Shown in pieces: positions 40,404 through 52,612 of a stretch of DNA of 64,000 bases. The DNA is from Paraspadella gotoi (taxonomy: Eukaryota; Animalia; Chaetognatha). Below the pieces are notes generated by a model. The model was not told the origin of the DNA. It saw only the letters and a program-made list of their open reading frames with translations, and ran no database searches. The position numbers and the translations under genes were made by a program. The stretch is taken from positions 7,199,205 through 7,263,204 of the forward strand of contig CM119267.1 in NCBI GenBank assembly GCA_051294375.1, read 5' to 3'. The stretch's first letter is position 1. Every line of letters starts with the position of its first letter.

Positions 40404-40606
40404 ACCCTCTCCATCTCTAGTTTTTTTTTCTCGCCCTCTCCATCTCCAGTTTTTTTTTCTCGCCCTCTCCATCTCTAGTTTTTTTTTCTCGCCCTCTCCA
40501 TCTCCAGTTTTTTTTTCTCGCCCTCTCCATCTCTAGTTTCTTTTTTCTCGCCCTCTCCATCTCTAGTTTTTTTTTGTCGCCCTCTCCATCTCTAGTTTTT
40601 TTTTCG
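40404..40606 (+). repeat. ~29-bp minisatellite x7 (ccctctccatctctag-Tn-ctcg)
   Basis: Seven tandem units with a variable T run. Confidence 0.9.
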
Positions 40607-41204
40607 ACTTCTGTCAACGCACCGGGATTTCTGGATCAATATAAATAAATCACCGGTCCTGACAAGGATCTCTGCCTTCTTTATAATTTTAAAATATTCT
40701 TCACCGTCGCATTGTATCGTGATGTATAATTATTAATTAAATACGTCTGTTTTTAGTTTGAATATACAATTTATACATACAACTCCCCATTTTTTTACAT
40801 TCCTATCGCCACATTCCCTTCTCTTACTATTTTTTTGCTGACAAACAATTTTTTTCCTCTTGTTTTTAACCAAAGGTTTAAAGTTAAAAGTTCAAGTTTT
40901 GTTTTCGTAAATGTATATATTTATTGCGCAAAAGAGGTCAGCGTTAAGAATAAATCTCTTATTCCATCCAATTAAAACTAAATTACCGGATCGTTTAAAA
41001 CCGCAACAAAATTTCAAACTTTCTCAAATCTACGCTTATGGTTTGTTTTTTTTTTGTTTTTTTTTTAACCCCAAAAAAAATAAAATCATTTAACGCTTTG
41101 TCTTCGACCAATCACAACAATAACGACAAGCAGAGCCCTGGGCTGCCAACCGAAAGCCGGCCGGCTTTTCGATCTACTGTTTTGAACTTTGCCTCATTTT
41201 TCAG

Positions 41205-41260
<56 letters not shown>

Positions 41261-41328
41261 TTGAGATTGACGTTCTTGGCTTCGTGACGCCGGGCGAAGG
41301 ATTTAAACCAGACGTCCCGACGCCCCCC
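41205..41328 (+). CDS. Candidate exon with poly-Thr (mucin-like) start, truncated by a gap
   Basis: tttttcag acceptor, then A-(T)n-IEIDVLGFVTPGEGFKPDVPTPP with GC-rich third positions; donor lost in the N gap. Confidence 0.35.
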
Positions 41329-42079
41329 NNNNNNNNNNNNNNNNNNNNNNNNNNNNNNNNNNNNNNNNNNNNNNNNNNNNNNNNNNNNNNNNNNNNNNNN
41401 NNNNNNNNNNNNNNNNNNNNNNNNNNNNNNNNNNNNNNNNNNNNNNNNNNNNNNNNNNNNNNNNNNNNNNNNNNNNNNNNNNNNNNNNNNNNNNNNNNNN
41501 NNNNNNNNNNNNNNNNNNNNNNNNNNNNNNNNNNNNNNNNNNNNNNNNNNNNNNNNNNNNNNNNNNNNNNNNNNNNNNNNNNNNNNNNNNNNNNNNNNNN
41601 NNNNNNNNNNNNNNNNNNNNNNNNNNNNNNNNGTATATTTTTTTTTGGTCAGGTCATTAACCTCTTTCGGTATCGAGTTTAGAGTCGGGCGAAACTAGTA
41701 CTGTTATTGTCAAGAACGTGTTTTGGAATTAGGCATATTCGACATAACGGAGACAAGCCAGCGTAGTTATTGAATGAATGAATAACTTGTATATTGACTG
41801 ATTTGTACCGATTTCTTAACAACATATCATATTTTTTTCATATTTAACCAAAATCAATTTTCGCTGAAGATTGAAATACAAAGCGTAATTGATAATTTCA
41901 CATATAACTGCGTCATCGATGTGACTCGCAGTTGAAACTTTTTTGAGAGGTGCTTTTCACAGTCAGAATGTATCTTAATGTGACTGTGAGATTTAGATTC
42001 ACAACAAGAGTCGAGAAATCATTGGGGTCACGAATAACAGCGGTTCGTCTCTCTCTCCTCCTTCCCTCGGGGCTTATCA

Positions 42080-42128
<49 letters not shown>

Positions 42129-42838
42129 GACTGCCCGTTTTCCCACGTCCCCCTTTTTCCTTTTTTACCCTCAAAACGCAGATCCCCTGTAGCTTTTTCT
42201 CATTCTTATCCTCCAGATATCCTTTTGTATGATTTTTTTCCTTTCAATACTATTTTTAACTTTCCCCTACTAGTAGTTGTACTCCAACAAGCATCTTTTG
42301 CTTCCTCTGCTCTTTTCGTTCCATTCCCAACCTTTCTAAATACATTCCCATCAACCGGAATTCTACAATTTGACAACCATATCTAAAGTTCTCCTCTTTT
42401 CCTTTTATCCTCTACGAAATTGGTGAAACCAATATACAAGTATCCATTTGTTCATTAAATGAGCTATCTTGTCCCTGACTTACTACAAGCTATGGTTGTT
42501 TAACACCTGCATTACCCTTACAAGATATTAACATCGCAGGACGCATCAAGCTTTCAATCGAGACTCTCTCAGTTTCATTTATTCGCTCCCAGAGTACCTG
42601 GCACGTTTCAAAGAAAGTTTCAATTGTATAAAAGGATCTTATTGTCCAATATCTATTCCCTCCTATGAACCCTTCTCATCACTCATAGATTCAGCTTTTA
42701 TTCCCATTCTCTCTACTATTCCCCTGTTCTATTCTGCCCCTTCTATCCCCCCAACCTCGGCGAAAATCCCCGCCGAGAAAAATTTAGATAAATTGTAATA
42801 AATGTGAAACTGAAACTCGCACACTCGATTGACGTTAA

Positions 42839-42881
<43 letters not shown>

Positions 42882-42945
42882 CACGAGAATCGGGGACGAC
42901 GGCGATGCTAAAATCCTTCTCGGCCGTGACCTGAAATTTTAATCA

Positions 42946-43024
<79 letters not shown>

Positions 43025-43034
43025 GATAGGTATG

Positions 43035-43070
<36 letters not shown>

Positions 43071-43306
43071 TTAAATTAAACTGTCAAAAAATTGACGAAT
43101 TACGACAGTTGTACTGTACAACGATATTCCTACATTTAATGCAATGTCTTGTGAATGTTAACAAAACGGAGAAACAGTTAGATTGGGAGGGATGAAATAA
43201 GGAACTGACTGAGATCAAGAGATCATTTCACTAAAAAAAAATTTTAAATGTCTTTGTTATCGTCGTAGTTTTCGTCGCCAAAAGATTTCCGAGTTTGTAA
43301 ACTTAC

Positions 43307-43333
43307 CGGACCGTGAACGCTGCAACATTCGTG
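43307..43333 (-). CDS. Candidate 27-nt microexon
   Basis: Minus strand: long pyrimidine tract ...ctttcaatctcacag|CACGAATGTTGCAGCGTTCACGGTCCG|gtaagt. Confidence 0.35.
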
Positions 43334-43979
43334 CTGTGAGATTGAAAGTTTGCAACAAAGAGGGAGGAATGGGTGAAAGAATATATTTTCGGGGTAAGAA
43401 TGCAGCCGCTTCGCCGCTGCCGTCTCAGCCGCCAGAGCCCTCTTTAGTCTTAGCTCAAAACTAAAAAAAGAACTCATTAGTTTAAAAGGTTTCGTTGATG
43501 TAAACAAATGAAGTTAATGATTCGTGACGACGAAAAAAACAGAAGAAACAAAAGAAGCAAAACAAAAACTAAGAAAAGAAAATAAAACCGAAAAGATTTT
43601 GTTCAAAAAATCTTAAGACGAAGGAGAAAAGAAAAAAAAAACTTTAAAACTGAAAGTAAAACAAAAAGAAAATCTGACGACGCAAAAAAAAAAAAAAAAA
43701 AAAAAAAGGGAAAAAAAATGTTGAAACCCTCTTTTGAATATGGAATCCGCGGCTCAAGAGTTCCGAGCTTTTGACGCCCATGAAATTCCATGCAAAAACG
43801 CACACAACTATGCAAATGGGGAAGAGGCGTCTAGTCTCGAGACTCTCACTCTCGGTCTCTCTCTTTCGTTCTCCGTATCAGTCCCGTCTGTCTCTATCTC
43901 TAACTCTCTCTGCGCCATATCTTTCCTCAAGGCCAGAAGGTTTTCCAGTTGCAGAGGGAAAAAAGTTTTCCGCCTTTCC

Positions 43980-44017
<38 letters not shown>

Positions 44018-44221
44018 GAGAGAGTAGGCGAGATAAAGAATATTTTCTCCTTGCGTATCATTCTCATTTATTAAGCTTTCCTCTTGTTCCTGCCTCCTTT
44101 TTTTGTGTTGCGCCCATTCGGCAGATAAGCCGAGAAATCCGACGGACAAGTTTCCAACTCGGTTGATGGGAAGGAGAGAAGAAGTAGGGGGCAGGGGGGG
44201 GTAAAGAAAGAGTGAAAGAAT

Positions 44222-44832
44222 AACTGAAAATACTCTAATGTTAAAAAAAAAACGCGCCACTTTATAACTTTAAATTCCATACGCTCTATAAAAACATTTT
44301 TAACATTTTGAATATTTTAAATTTTTAATTTTTTTAAAAAATATTAATATATCTAAAATTTATTAAAATCAGTCAAGTGGTTTAGGAGATATGATTTTTT
44401 AAGCTTTAGTCTTAATCTAAAGCTTCAGAATCATGGAGCTGTCATTCATCGTATTGTAATAACCTAAAGATTATTATTATTATTATTATTTAGAGATCTG
44501 GGGGAATCCAATTATCCAGCTATCGCTCAGGATGTCCAGTGTAATTTTTTTAAATTTTTAATCATTTTTAAAATATCAGAAGAAAAAGAATAAATTTTTT
44601 CACGTTCAGCTAGACTACTTCATTTAAAAAAATTATTGCTCCTAAATGGATAGCCCGATTTTAATAAAATTTATGCCAAACTTAGTATCTTTTAATGAAC
44701 TTTAATTCATTTTTAAATTTGTTTAAAAATTTAAATTTATAGGGTGATTTTTTAAAGTCTGAAATAAAGTGGCGCGATTTTTTTGCACGTGAATGTAAAA
44801 GAAACTTTTTTAACATTTTAAGCATTTTTAGT
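44222..44832. mobile_element. Degenerate foldback/MITE with long imperfect inverted arms
   Basis: aaaaaaacgcgccacttta (~44246) pairs with taaagtggcgcgatttttt (~44765); aaatttattaaaatcagtcaagtggtttaggag pairs with ctcctaaatggatagcccgattttaataaaattt; ctgaaaatactctaatgttaaaa pairs with ttttaacattttaagcatttttag. Confidence 0.7.
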
Positions 44833-46290
44833 CTTTTTTATCATTTCTGAAATCATATCCCCAATAACGTCCTAACGCACAACTCACCGACTCTATCCGC
44901 CCCCCGCCCCCGCGCCATCCGCGTCTACAACCATCCAACTCCCCAGCTCACCCCCTCGACTTCCGGCCCGGCGGTACCAGCTGCGCCTCTGGTGACTGAT
45001 TAGCGAAGATTGATGCTCATCTGTGAAGGAAGAGCGATGAACAAAAGAGCATCGATTGTTTGTCGACGCCGCTCGATGGCGCGGGTGACGCAGGGTGGTG
45101 ACGAGTGACGCCATCAAGAGGCCGACGTCACGTGGTCAAACTGGGCCTCGTTGCGTGGCGTGACGTTCCCTAGACGCCAGAAAAAGTCGGTGTTGACGTT
45201 TAGACGCTAATGAATATGAAGTAGGTGGATCTTTGGCGTCAGAATTATGAAGGAGGAGGAGGAGGAGGAGGAGAATGGTAATTTCCAAAAATGATTTAAA
45301 TAATAAATAAATAAATAAATAAACAAATAAATAAATAAATAAATAAATAAATAAACTAACTCTAATTCATTGTACTACTTTATAATATTTCACCTCTTCA
45401 AATAATCACAATCACAACACTTCAGACCTCAAAAACGAAACAGATGAGGCGTAGAAAAAGCTTCCCTATCATTGAAAAGGGTTAATGACGCTGCTCCGAT
45501 GCTCCGCTGCTGCAGCCGCGACTCCGCTGCTCCGCTGCTCCAGCCGCTGCTCCGCTGCTCCAGCCGCGCCCTCGCCTCCGCCAGAGTTGGCGGCGTCATC
45601 GGCGAGGCACGGGGAAGCGTCTCGCGCCCTTTACAGCTCAAACGTCGAATTAAAATTGAAAAAAAAAGGGGGGGGGGAAAGAAATTCTCATTAAAATGAG
45701 GATAGGTCGATGCCTTTCATTCGTTTTTTCCCTCTTCCGTACGAAACGCCGGGGGAAATTAAAAGACAAGGACGCCGGCTCTGAGGCGGCGCGATCGATG
45801 ACGACGGCGTTAATGTAGACGGCGCCAATGTCGATGACGACAATGTTTACGGGATCAACCTTTTTTTTCAGGACTTCCAGCGTTTAGCATGCATTTAATA
45901 TGCTTTTAATATGCATTCAATATGCTTTTTTACCTCTCATTAGTGACCAGTATTCAAGTCGGATTACGAACCATACCAGATGATAATAAGCCAAGTTTTT
46001 ATAAGCTAAATATGATGAATTAAAATCTAATTTAGAAATGATAAACCTTAACTAAATGATATTATAATTTAAAAAAAAAAACCGTTAAATACAAACACTT
46101 GAATAAACCCGACATAATATTGGGCCCTGCGACTAAAGAGAAGGAGAAGGATCTAGGCGTTCATTAAGCGGGTCGCGTTCATTAAGGGGGAAAAGGCATT
46201 CATAAAAGACGCGCTCGTCATTAGCCTCCAGCCTTTTGTCGTCCGCCTCTGCGCTTCAAATTTTCCCGCGCGGATTTAAAAAAGGGTAAT

Positions 46291-46291
46291 G

Positions 46292-46327
<36 letters not shown>

Positions 46328-46410
46328 CGCGAAAGCGGCGGCGGCAGCGGTAGAGGCGCCAGCGGCGGCGTCGCAGCGGCATAGGCGGAGGAGGCAGCGG
46401 CAGCTGCAGC
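46291..46410. repeat. (GGC)n microsatellite in a CpG-rich island
   Basis: Directly visible. Confidence 0.9.
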
Positions 46411-47538
46411 AAAAAAAATGTAATAACGATGCTTTTGTCTTTAAGCGGGGTGGGGCGACTTATGTATACGCTTATTAGTTTGCTTTGACTTTTTTTTTCT
46501 TTTTTTTTAGAAGGAGGTGGCTTACGGATTTTCCCGCCATTTCCTGCTAGAATTTAGTTCCAAGATTAAAAATCCGCTTTTGACTGTTATTCGCTTTACA
46601 TAATTAATATTTTCGCTTCGTAATACCGTTTTAGTTTTCTGAAACTAAAGATTTTTTCTGCTAATTATCTCACGAATTAGTTGCTAAAGTTAAATGGCGC
46701 CCAGGCGTTCGACGGCTAATTGCCAAGAGAAAATTATGTATTACGCGGGTTCAAAATTAAAGTAGAACATTTTAGTTAATCATGTTTTATGACGAGAGTT
46801 TCAAGCTTCCCCCGTTCGTCAGGCTCAATAATCAAGATGATTTTTTTTTTTCAAAATTTGTTTTCCCTTTTTTTTCCTAAATTTTAAAAAGAGTTGCTAA
46901 ATTAGTTGTTAAATTACAAGATTAAATTACAAGATAAAATTTTTTTTTAAATGTATTTAATTTTTCTTCTTTCGTTTCTTCCATACCCAACACATTCCTG
47001 GGTAGACCTAAGTCGCTTTCACATAAATTCTTTCCAAAGATCCCTTTTTTTTTTCTTTCCAGTTCCGTTTCGCTGATTTTTGGTCTTTTCAGACGTCTGA
47101 AGGAAATGGTCAGGGGATCAGGGGATCAGGGGATCAGAGGTTCTCTGGATCATAAGGTCTCGGGGATCAGTCGCAACTGATTAACAGAGGGTCATGTATA
47201 GGTCAAAACAAATTAAAAGGTGTAGGAGTTTAGAAAAATTTTATTTACTAAAAGAAAAAGTTATTAAATGTTCCTCAAATAAAAAACTTTTTTTCCTTCT
47301 CAAAGGGTATTTTGGCTTCTTGTTTGACATGGGCAAAAGTCAATACTTAATCCGTTACCCCTACTTTTCCACAACCCACAATCCACACGTTTCCTTCAAC
47401 AATCCCCCACAGTCTCCAATCCCCGCCTCTGATCCCCACTTTCCAGGGTCGTCTTGAGCCAGGGATGCAACGCACCGCAACTCATATTTCTTTTTCTCGG
47501 GACTCAAATCGCTGGAATAAATGTTCCTCATCTCCACT

Positions 47539-47615
<77 letters not shown>

Positions 47616-49555
47616 TTTTCTTTCTCTCTCACTCTCCATTCGCCTTGGAGGAAAAGGAAAAAAAAGTGGCAGAGGCGAAATTGGAAGGAAGGAAGAAATA
47701 AAATTGATTACCTTCGTCTGGACACAAGAAAACCATTATCATGAATGAAGCAAGTAGCGAAGGGGGATTCTGTAGTTGGATGGATGGATGGGAGGAGGCG
47801 GAGGAGGAGGAGGAGGAAGAGGAGGAGGAATAACTTCACAAGGGCGGCGATATCGTTTTCCTATCGGTTTTTGGAGTTGTTTGTTGAAATATGTTTATAT
47901 CGAGAAATCTAATTCAGAAAGAATGCTTACGCGGTAGAATAATTATTCGTTATGGCTATGTTTGAGAAAAAAGTTAAAATTTTATTGAGTTTGAAAAGCT
48001 GAAAGACATAATATCAATTAGATTTTTCAGCGAAAAAGTAGCGAAAAAACATTTTCTTTTCGGTTTCTTAAAACTGAGTCAAAGTCTAAATCTAGGTAAG
48101 TCTAAATCTAAGACTAAATCGAACTCACAATTTAAATCTAAGTATAAATATAATCAACTGTTATATTCGAAGTGATTTCCTGAGTTTATTGTCAACCGGA
48201 TGCGCGCGTCTCTTCTAAACTTTTTATTCCTTTCGTTTTCATTTCAAATTTAACTTTTAAAATTCAATTTTATCCGAATACCACTTTTAAACCGCCAATT
48301 CAGTCTATTGATGTTGACGCCATCTGAATCCATTCATCTTCAGTTAGTTCTTTATCCAGCTACATCTCTTTCCATCGATAATCTTCTTATCTTTATCTCT
48401 GTCTCTGTCTATCATTTTCCCATCTTTATCTCCTAATCTCTCTCTCTCTCTATCAATTCTTTCCTTCTCTCCCTCTNNNNNNNNNNNNNNNNNNNNNNNN
48501 NNNNNNNNNNNNNNNNNNNNNNNNNNNNNNNNNNNNNNNNNNNNNNNNNNNNNNNNNNNNNNNNNNNNNNNNNNNNNNNNNNNNNNNNNNNNNNNNNNNN
48601 NNNNNNNNNNNNNNNNNNNNNNNNNNNNNNNNNNNNNNNNNNNNNNNNNNNNNNNNNNNNNNNNNNNNNNNNNNNNNNNNNNNNNNNNNNNNNNNNNNNN
48701 NNNNNNNNNNNNNNNNNNNNNNNNNNNNNNNNNNNNNNNNNNNNNNNNNNNNNNNNNNNNNNNNNNNNNNNNNNNNNNNNNNNNNNNNNNNNNNNNNNNN
48801 NNNNNNNNNTTTCGTTCATTCCACTTTTCTCTCTTGATTTCTATCTTAAACTTAAAGTTAAAGTTTTTTGTTGTTTTTTACAGCCTATCTCACATTTCGG
48901 TCCGTTTGTCTTTCTTTTTTGTCAGAAGAGTGCAGGAATTTAAAAAAATATATATGAAATATTAATTTAGATTTGACTTTTCATTATAAAAATTCTTCAG
49001 ACTTTTCTGTTTTTTCTTTCCCCTTCTTATTCCTCTCCTCGTCTTATCTATTACCTCTCTATTTATCTCTCCCTTAACCTCTCTCTCTCTCTTATTCTCC
49101 CTCTTCTTCCCTCTTCCCTTCCATTCACTCACTACTTTTACAATCTATCCCTCTCCCCTTTGTCCGTACCCCCTACCACCCCCGATCCCGCGCCCTCCCC
49201 AAATCGGTCGCCGCTTCCACCTGAGACAAAGACAAATTTCTCCGCTGGGAAGAAAATTAGTAAAAACAATTAGAAAAGATTAAATCTTGATCAGCTTAAA
49301 ACTCTTTGGAGCTCTACTTTCTGTTGGATGTTAAACGAACCTTTTATCAAATTATGTCTGAAATTAGTTTACGCGCTTGGTTTGCTGCCGCCAACAGTCT
49401 GGAAAAAAAAAAGCTAACATTTTGCTGGAGCGGGAATAAAGCAGCTTTTTAGCCATGATGAGGCGAGGGTGGAGAAGTGATAAAGTTGGGGCCAAGCAAT
49501 GATATATCGAAGGAGGAGGTAGTATATAGGAATTTGTGATCAACGGTGGAGTTTC

Positions 49556-49995
49556 GGCCATCTATTCCAATAGAGCCCCATGTCAGCTTTAATTGAGAAT
49601 TAAGTTGGTTTTTAAGTTTAAAAATTAGGTTAATAATTACATTAAGATTTTGTTTAGAGTTTTGGTTGTGAATTAAGGTTTGGGGTTAGAAGAGAAAGCG
49701 AGGATATGATATTAAGAACTGGAATAACGCATTAAGTAATGGATTAAGTAAAAGATTAAAGTTAAATATTATATTAAGCTTTTAAAAAAAGATTAAAATT
49801 AGCTTACCGCAGAATAAGTACCAGGTTATGATGGAACCCGTTATCTAGTGGTCATGAGCTGATGGCTTTACTCACGACTGAAGGTATTACGCTTATAACT
49901 TAAACTTATGCAATGCCCGATTACAGATATTATTAGGGACGAAATTAGGTTCAGGAATTAAGAACAAAAATAGGTCGCTTTCGAAAAATAGCGCC
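49556..49995. mobile_element. Telomere-like MITE family, copy c (both ends present)
   Basis: Left ggccatctattccaatagagcccc and right ggtcgctttcgaaaaatagcgcc are imperfect inverted repeats; interior ttaggt/ttaagg/ttagag 6-mer pattern. Confidence 0.55.
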
Positions 49996-50587
49996 TGAGT
50001 TTGAGAGAGGAGTGAGTGGATAGGAGAAAAAAAAAGACTCATTAGTTTCCTCTAGTTTGTTTTCGTTTGTCGTTTGTTGGAGAATCGAGATTATCACTTC
50101 TTCTCTTCTTTTCTTATTTGTAATTCAATTCCTTCTAATGGAATCGCAGTGGAATTTTTTTTTTTTCATTCTTTCCCGCTCTGAGGTATTTACTGTAAAA
50201 GTCGACAACGCTCTCCCATTCATCCACAATCGAAAGGGAAAACCGACTTTATTTTAACTGAACTGAATGAAAGAATTGTTAAATGAATTAATGAATGAAT
50301 GAATAAATGAATTTAATTACTGAATTAATTAATTAATTGATGGATGAAAGAAAGAATTAATGATGTATTAAATTAATGAATCAAAGAATGAATGAATAAA
50401 TGAATGAATGAATGAATGAATGAATGAATGATTGAATGAATGCATGTATGAATTAATGAATGAATGATTAGATGAATGAATGAATGTAAAGAGATAAAAT
50501 ATTGAAATAAAGGAATTAATGAATGAATTTCGTTACAAATAAACTGACAAACGCGTTCAATTCCTCCGCCCCCCCCCCACCCGGCAG

Positions 50588-50773
50588 CTCCGGAGGCCCG
50601 CGAGGTGGCGACGGCCGTCCCGACGGGCGTGACGGTCACCTTCGCCTGTTGGAGTCAGATGCCCGCGGTTTGGATCAAGAATCCAGGCGACGGTGGAAAA
50701 ATCAAATACATCTCCATCGGACAGAAACTCTACAACGAGGCGCTTAACAAGAAATACCTCGTCTTTTTCTCGG
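50588..50773 (+). CDS. Internal exon encoding the N-terminal half of an immunoglobulin-like domain
   Basis: ctgac branch motif, C-rich tract, cag acceptor and G|gtaagt donor; 186 nt, phase 1-1. Peptide PEAREVATAVPTGVTVTFACWSQMPAVWIKNPGDGGKIKYISIGQKLYNEALNKKYLVFFS has the G-x-x-V-T-F-x-C (B strand) and V-W-x-K (C strand) Ig pattern, with strong GC3 bias. Confidence 0.65.
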
Positions 50774-51575
50774 GTAAGTTTAAAGAGGATGAAGGAGACT
50801 GGGAGAGAGAGAGGGTGAGGAAAGGTCTGAGAGATAGAAATGAAAAAAGCGGGTAAGGTCTAAAAAGGGTCAGGAGGAGAGAGGAAGGGGAGATCCAGGC
50901 AATAATTAGGAAAAAAAGGTAGGATTATTATTATTATTATTATTATTACAGGCGAGGGGACTTAAAAAACGTGTTTAACTTTCATCCTTCATTTCACAAT
51001 TCCCTTTCACATTTCTCCCTCCTCTTAATCACCTCTTCCCCTTTTTTCACATCCCTTTTTAATTTTCTTCTACCCCCAACCCTATTTTCCCTCCCCTGGC
51101 TTTTCCCTTTCCTTTTTTTTATGTTTTTCTCTCCCCTGTTTTGTTGTTCTAATTTTCCGTCGGTTCGTTTTGTTGACTGTTTTTTTCATTAGCGGCCCTT
51201 ACCTGATTAGTTGGCGCGTTTTTCCTCTCCCGCCTTTCTTCTTCCCCTCCGGACGTGAACGCTTGTTCCCATAGTGAATCAGTAATCTCGTTCAACTGTG
51301 AGAGTCACAGTTAATTTCCCCCAATCATGAATAATCGTATTCGTTTATCGTTTATACTATAACTGAACATTGTCTTTCCAATTTTGGGGGCATTTGTTTT
51401 TGTTTTTTGTTTTTTATTTTCTTTGGATTCCTCGAGTTTGTTTTGAACTCATTCATTAAAAATGCCCGTTTTTAAATCGCTGTGGGAATTTCCAGTGTTT
51501 CCTGCTCCAGTTGATTTTCTACCGAGGTTTTTGTTCGTTTTAAAAATGCAATATGAAATAAGCTCTCTCATAAGC

Positions 51576-52382
51576 TTAAGGGTCTATCATCAAAGGAATT
51601 TGAATGGTGATAGCCGTTAATTTTTTTTTGCACGGGAAAGTAGCTAAAAATTCCTATCTCTTATTGTAGCGGAAACAAAAATTTAATAATTTAATTAAAA
51701 ATTTAGTTGATCCTACCTAAATATGTATATGATTTATTATTTTATTTTTGCATTCGAAAGTATTTTTTACAAAATTCCCAAATTTTTAGTTTTATTGTAC
51801 AAAGCTACAATTTAGGTTTAAGCCTCATTGAACAAAGGCTTTATAAGACTAATTTTTTTTATTTTTATATTTACTTAAAAGCAGAAAAATCAAACCTAAA
51901 TTCTATTTCTTTACAGAAACAAAACAGTAATAACTATTAATTAATATTCATATTCATCTCTGAAATGTATATTAAATTATATTAATCTTAATTATAATAA
52001 TTAAGAATTTAGCAAAAGTACAGAACCGTTCTCTTCTTTTTATATTTATATTACTTCTAAAGGTTTTATTTTTATCCAATTAACAGAATCCTTAAAAAAA
52101 AGTTTAAATAAAATCAGTCAATACCTTAAATTTGATTCATTCTGAGTTTTTTGTTTATAAATTTTTATGATAAAAGCTGAAAATCTTTTTAAAATTAGAT
52201 CTTACCCTTTTTTAAAAAAAAATTTTAAAATTTGAAAAGATTTTCTTCTTACCGATTTTTAAAGAAAATTAAGCTAGCTGATTATATCGAATTTTTTAAC
52301 TACTTTCCCAAACGATCATAAAAAAAAAGAATCATATAGTCAGAACCAGCTTTTTATCCCCCCTGGTCACTTGGTCCCTTAA
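51576..52382. mobile_element. TTAA-flanked non-autonomous DNA element (Kolobok-like ends), degenerate
   Basis: TTAA|GGG at 51576-51582 and CCC|TTAA at 52376-52382; subterminal inverted match gggaaagtagctaaaaattc (51634) vs gaattttttaactactttccc (to 52309). Terminal similarity beyond GGG is weak. Confidence 0.45.
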
Positions 52383-52465
52383 GGCACTGCTAGTAAGCAG
52401 TTATTTTGGTATAGTTTTTTTACATAGGTAGGACTTCCGTTTTCGGTCCGTTTTTTTCTTTTCAG

Positions 52466-52540
52466 ATGAAGAATTCTTCCAGAGAATTTTGAAAAAAGGT
52501 CCGAGTCATATTTTTGCTCAATCAAACGTAATGCATGACG
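52466..52540 (+). CDS. Candidate 75-nt phase 1-1 exon following the Ig exon: (D)EEFFQRILKKGPSHIFAQSNVMHD
   Basis: tttttttcttttcag acceptor and G|gtattt donor; frame-compatible with 50588-50773; lies between two transposons. Confidence 0.35.
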
Positions 52541-52612
52541 GTATTTACTTCTTTCTCGCTCAGTTCTTCCCGCTGACGATATTAACAAAAAACGCCTACA
52601 TTGATTACTTAG

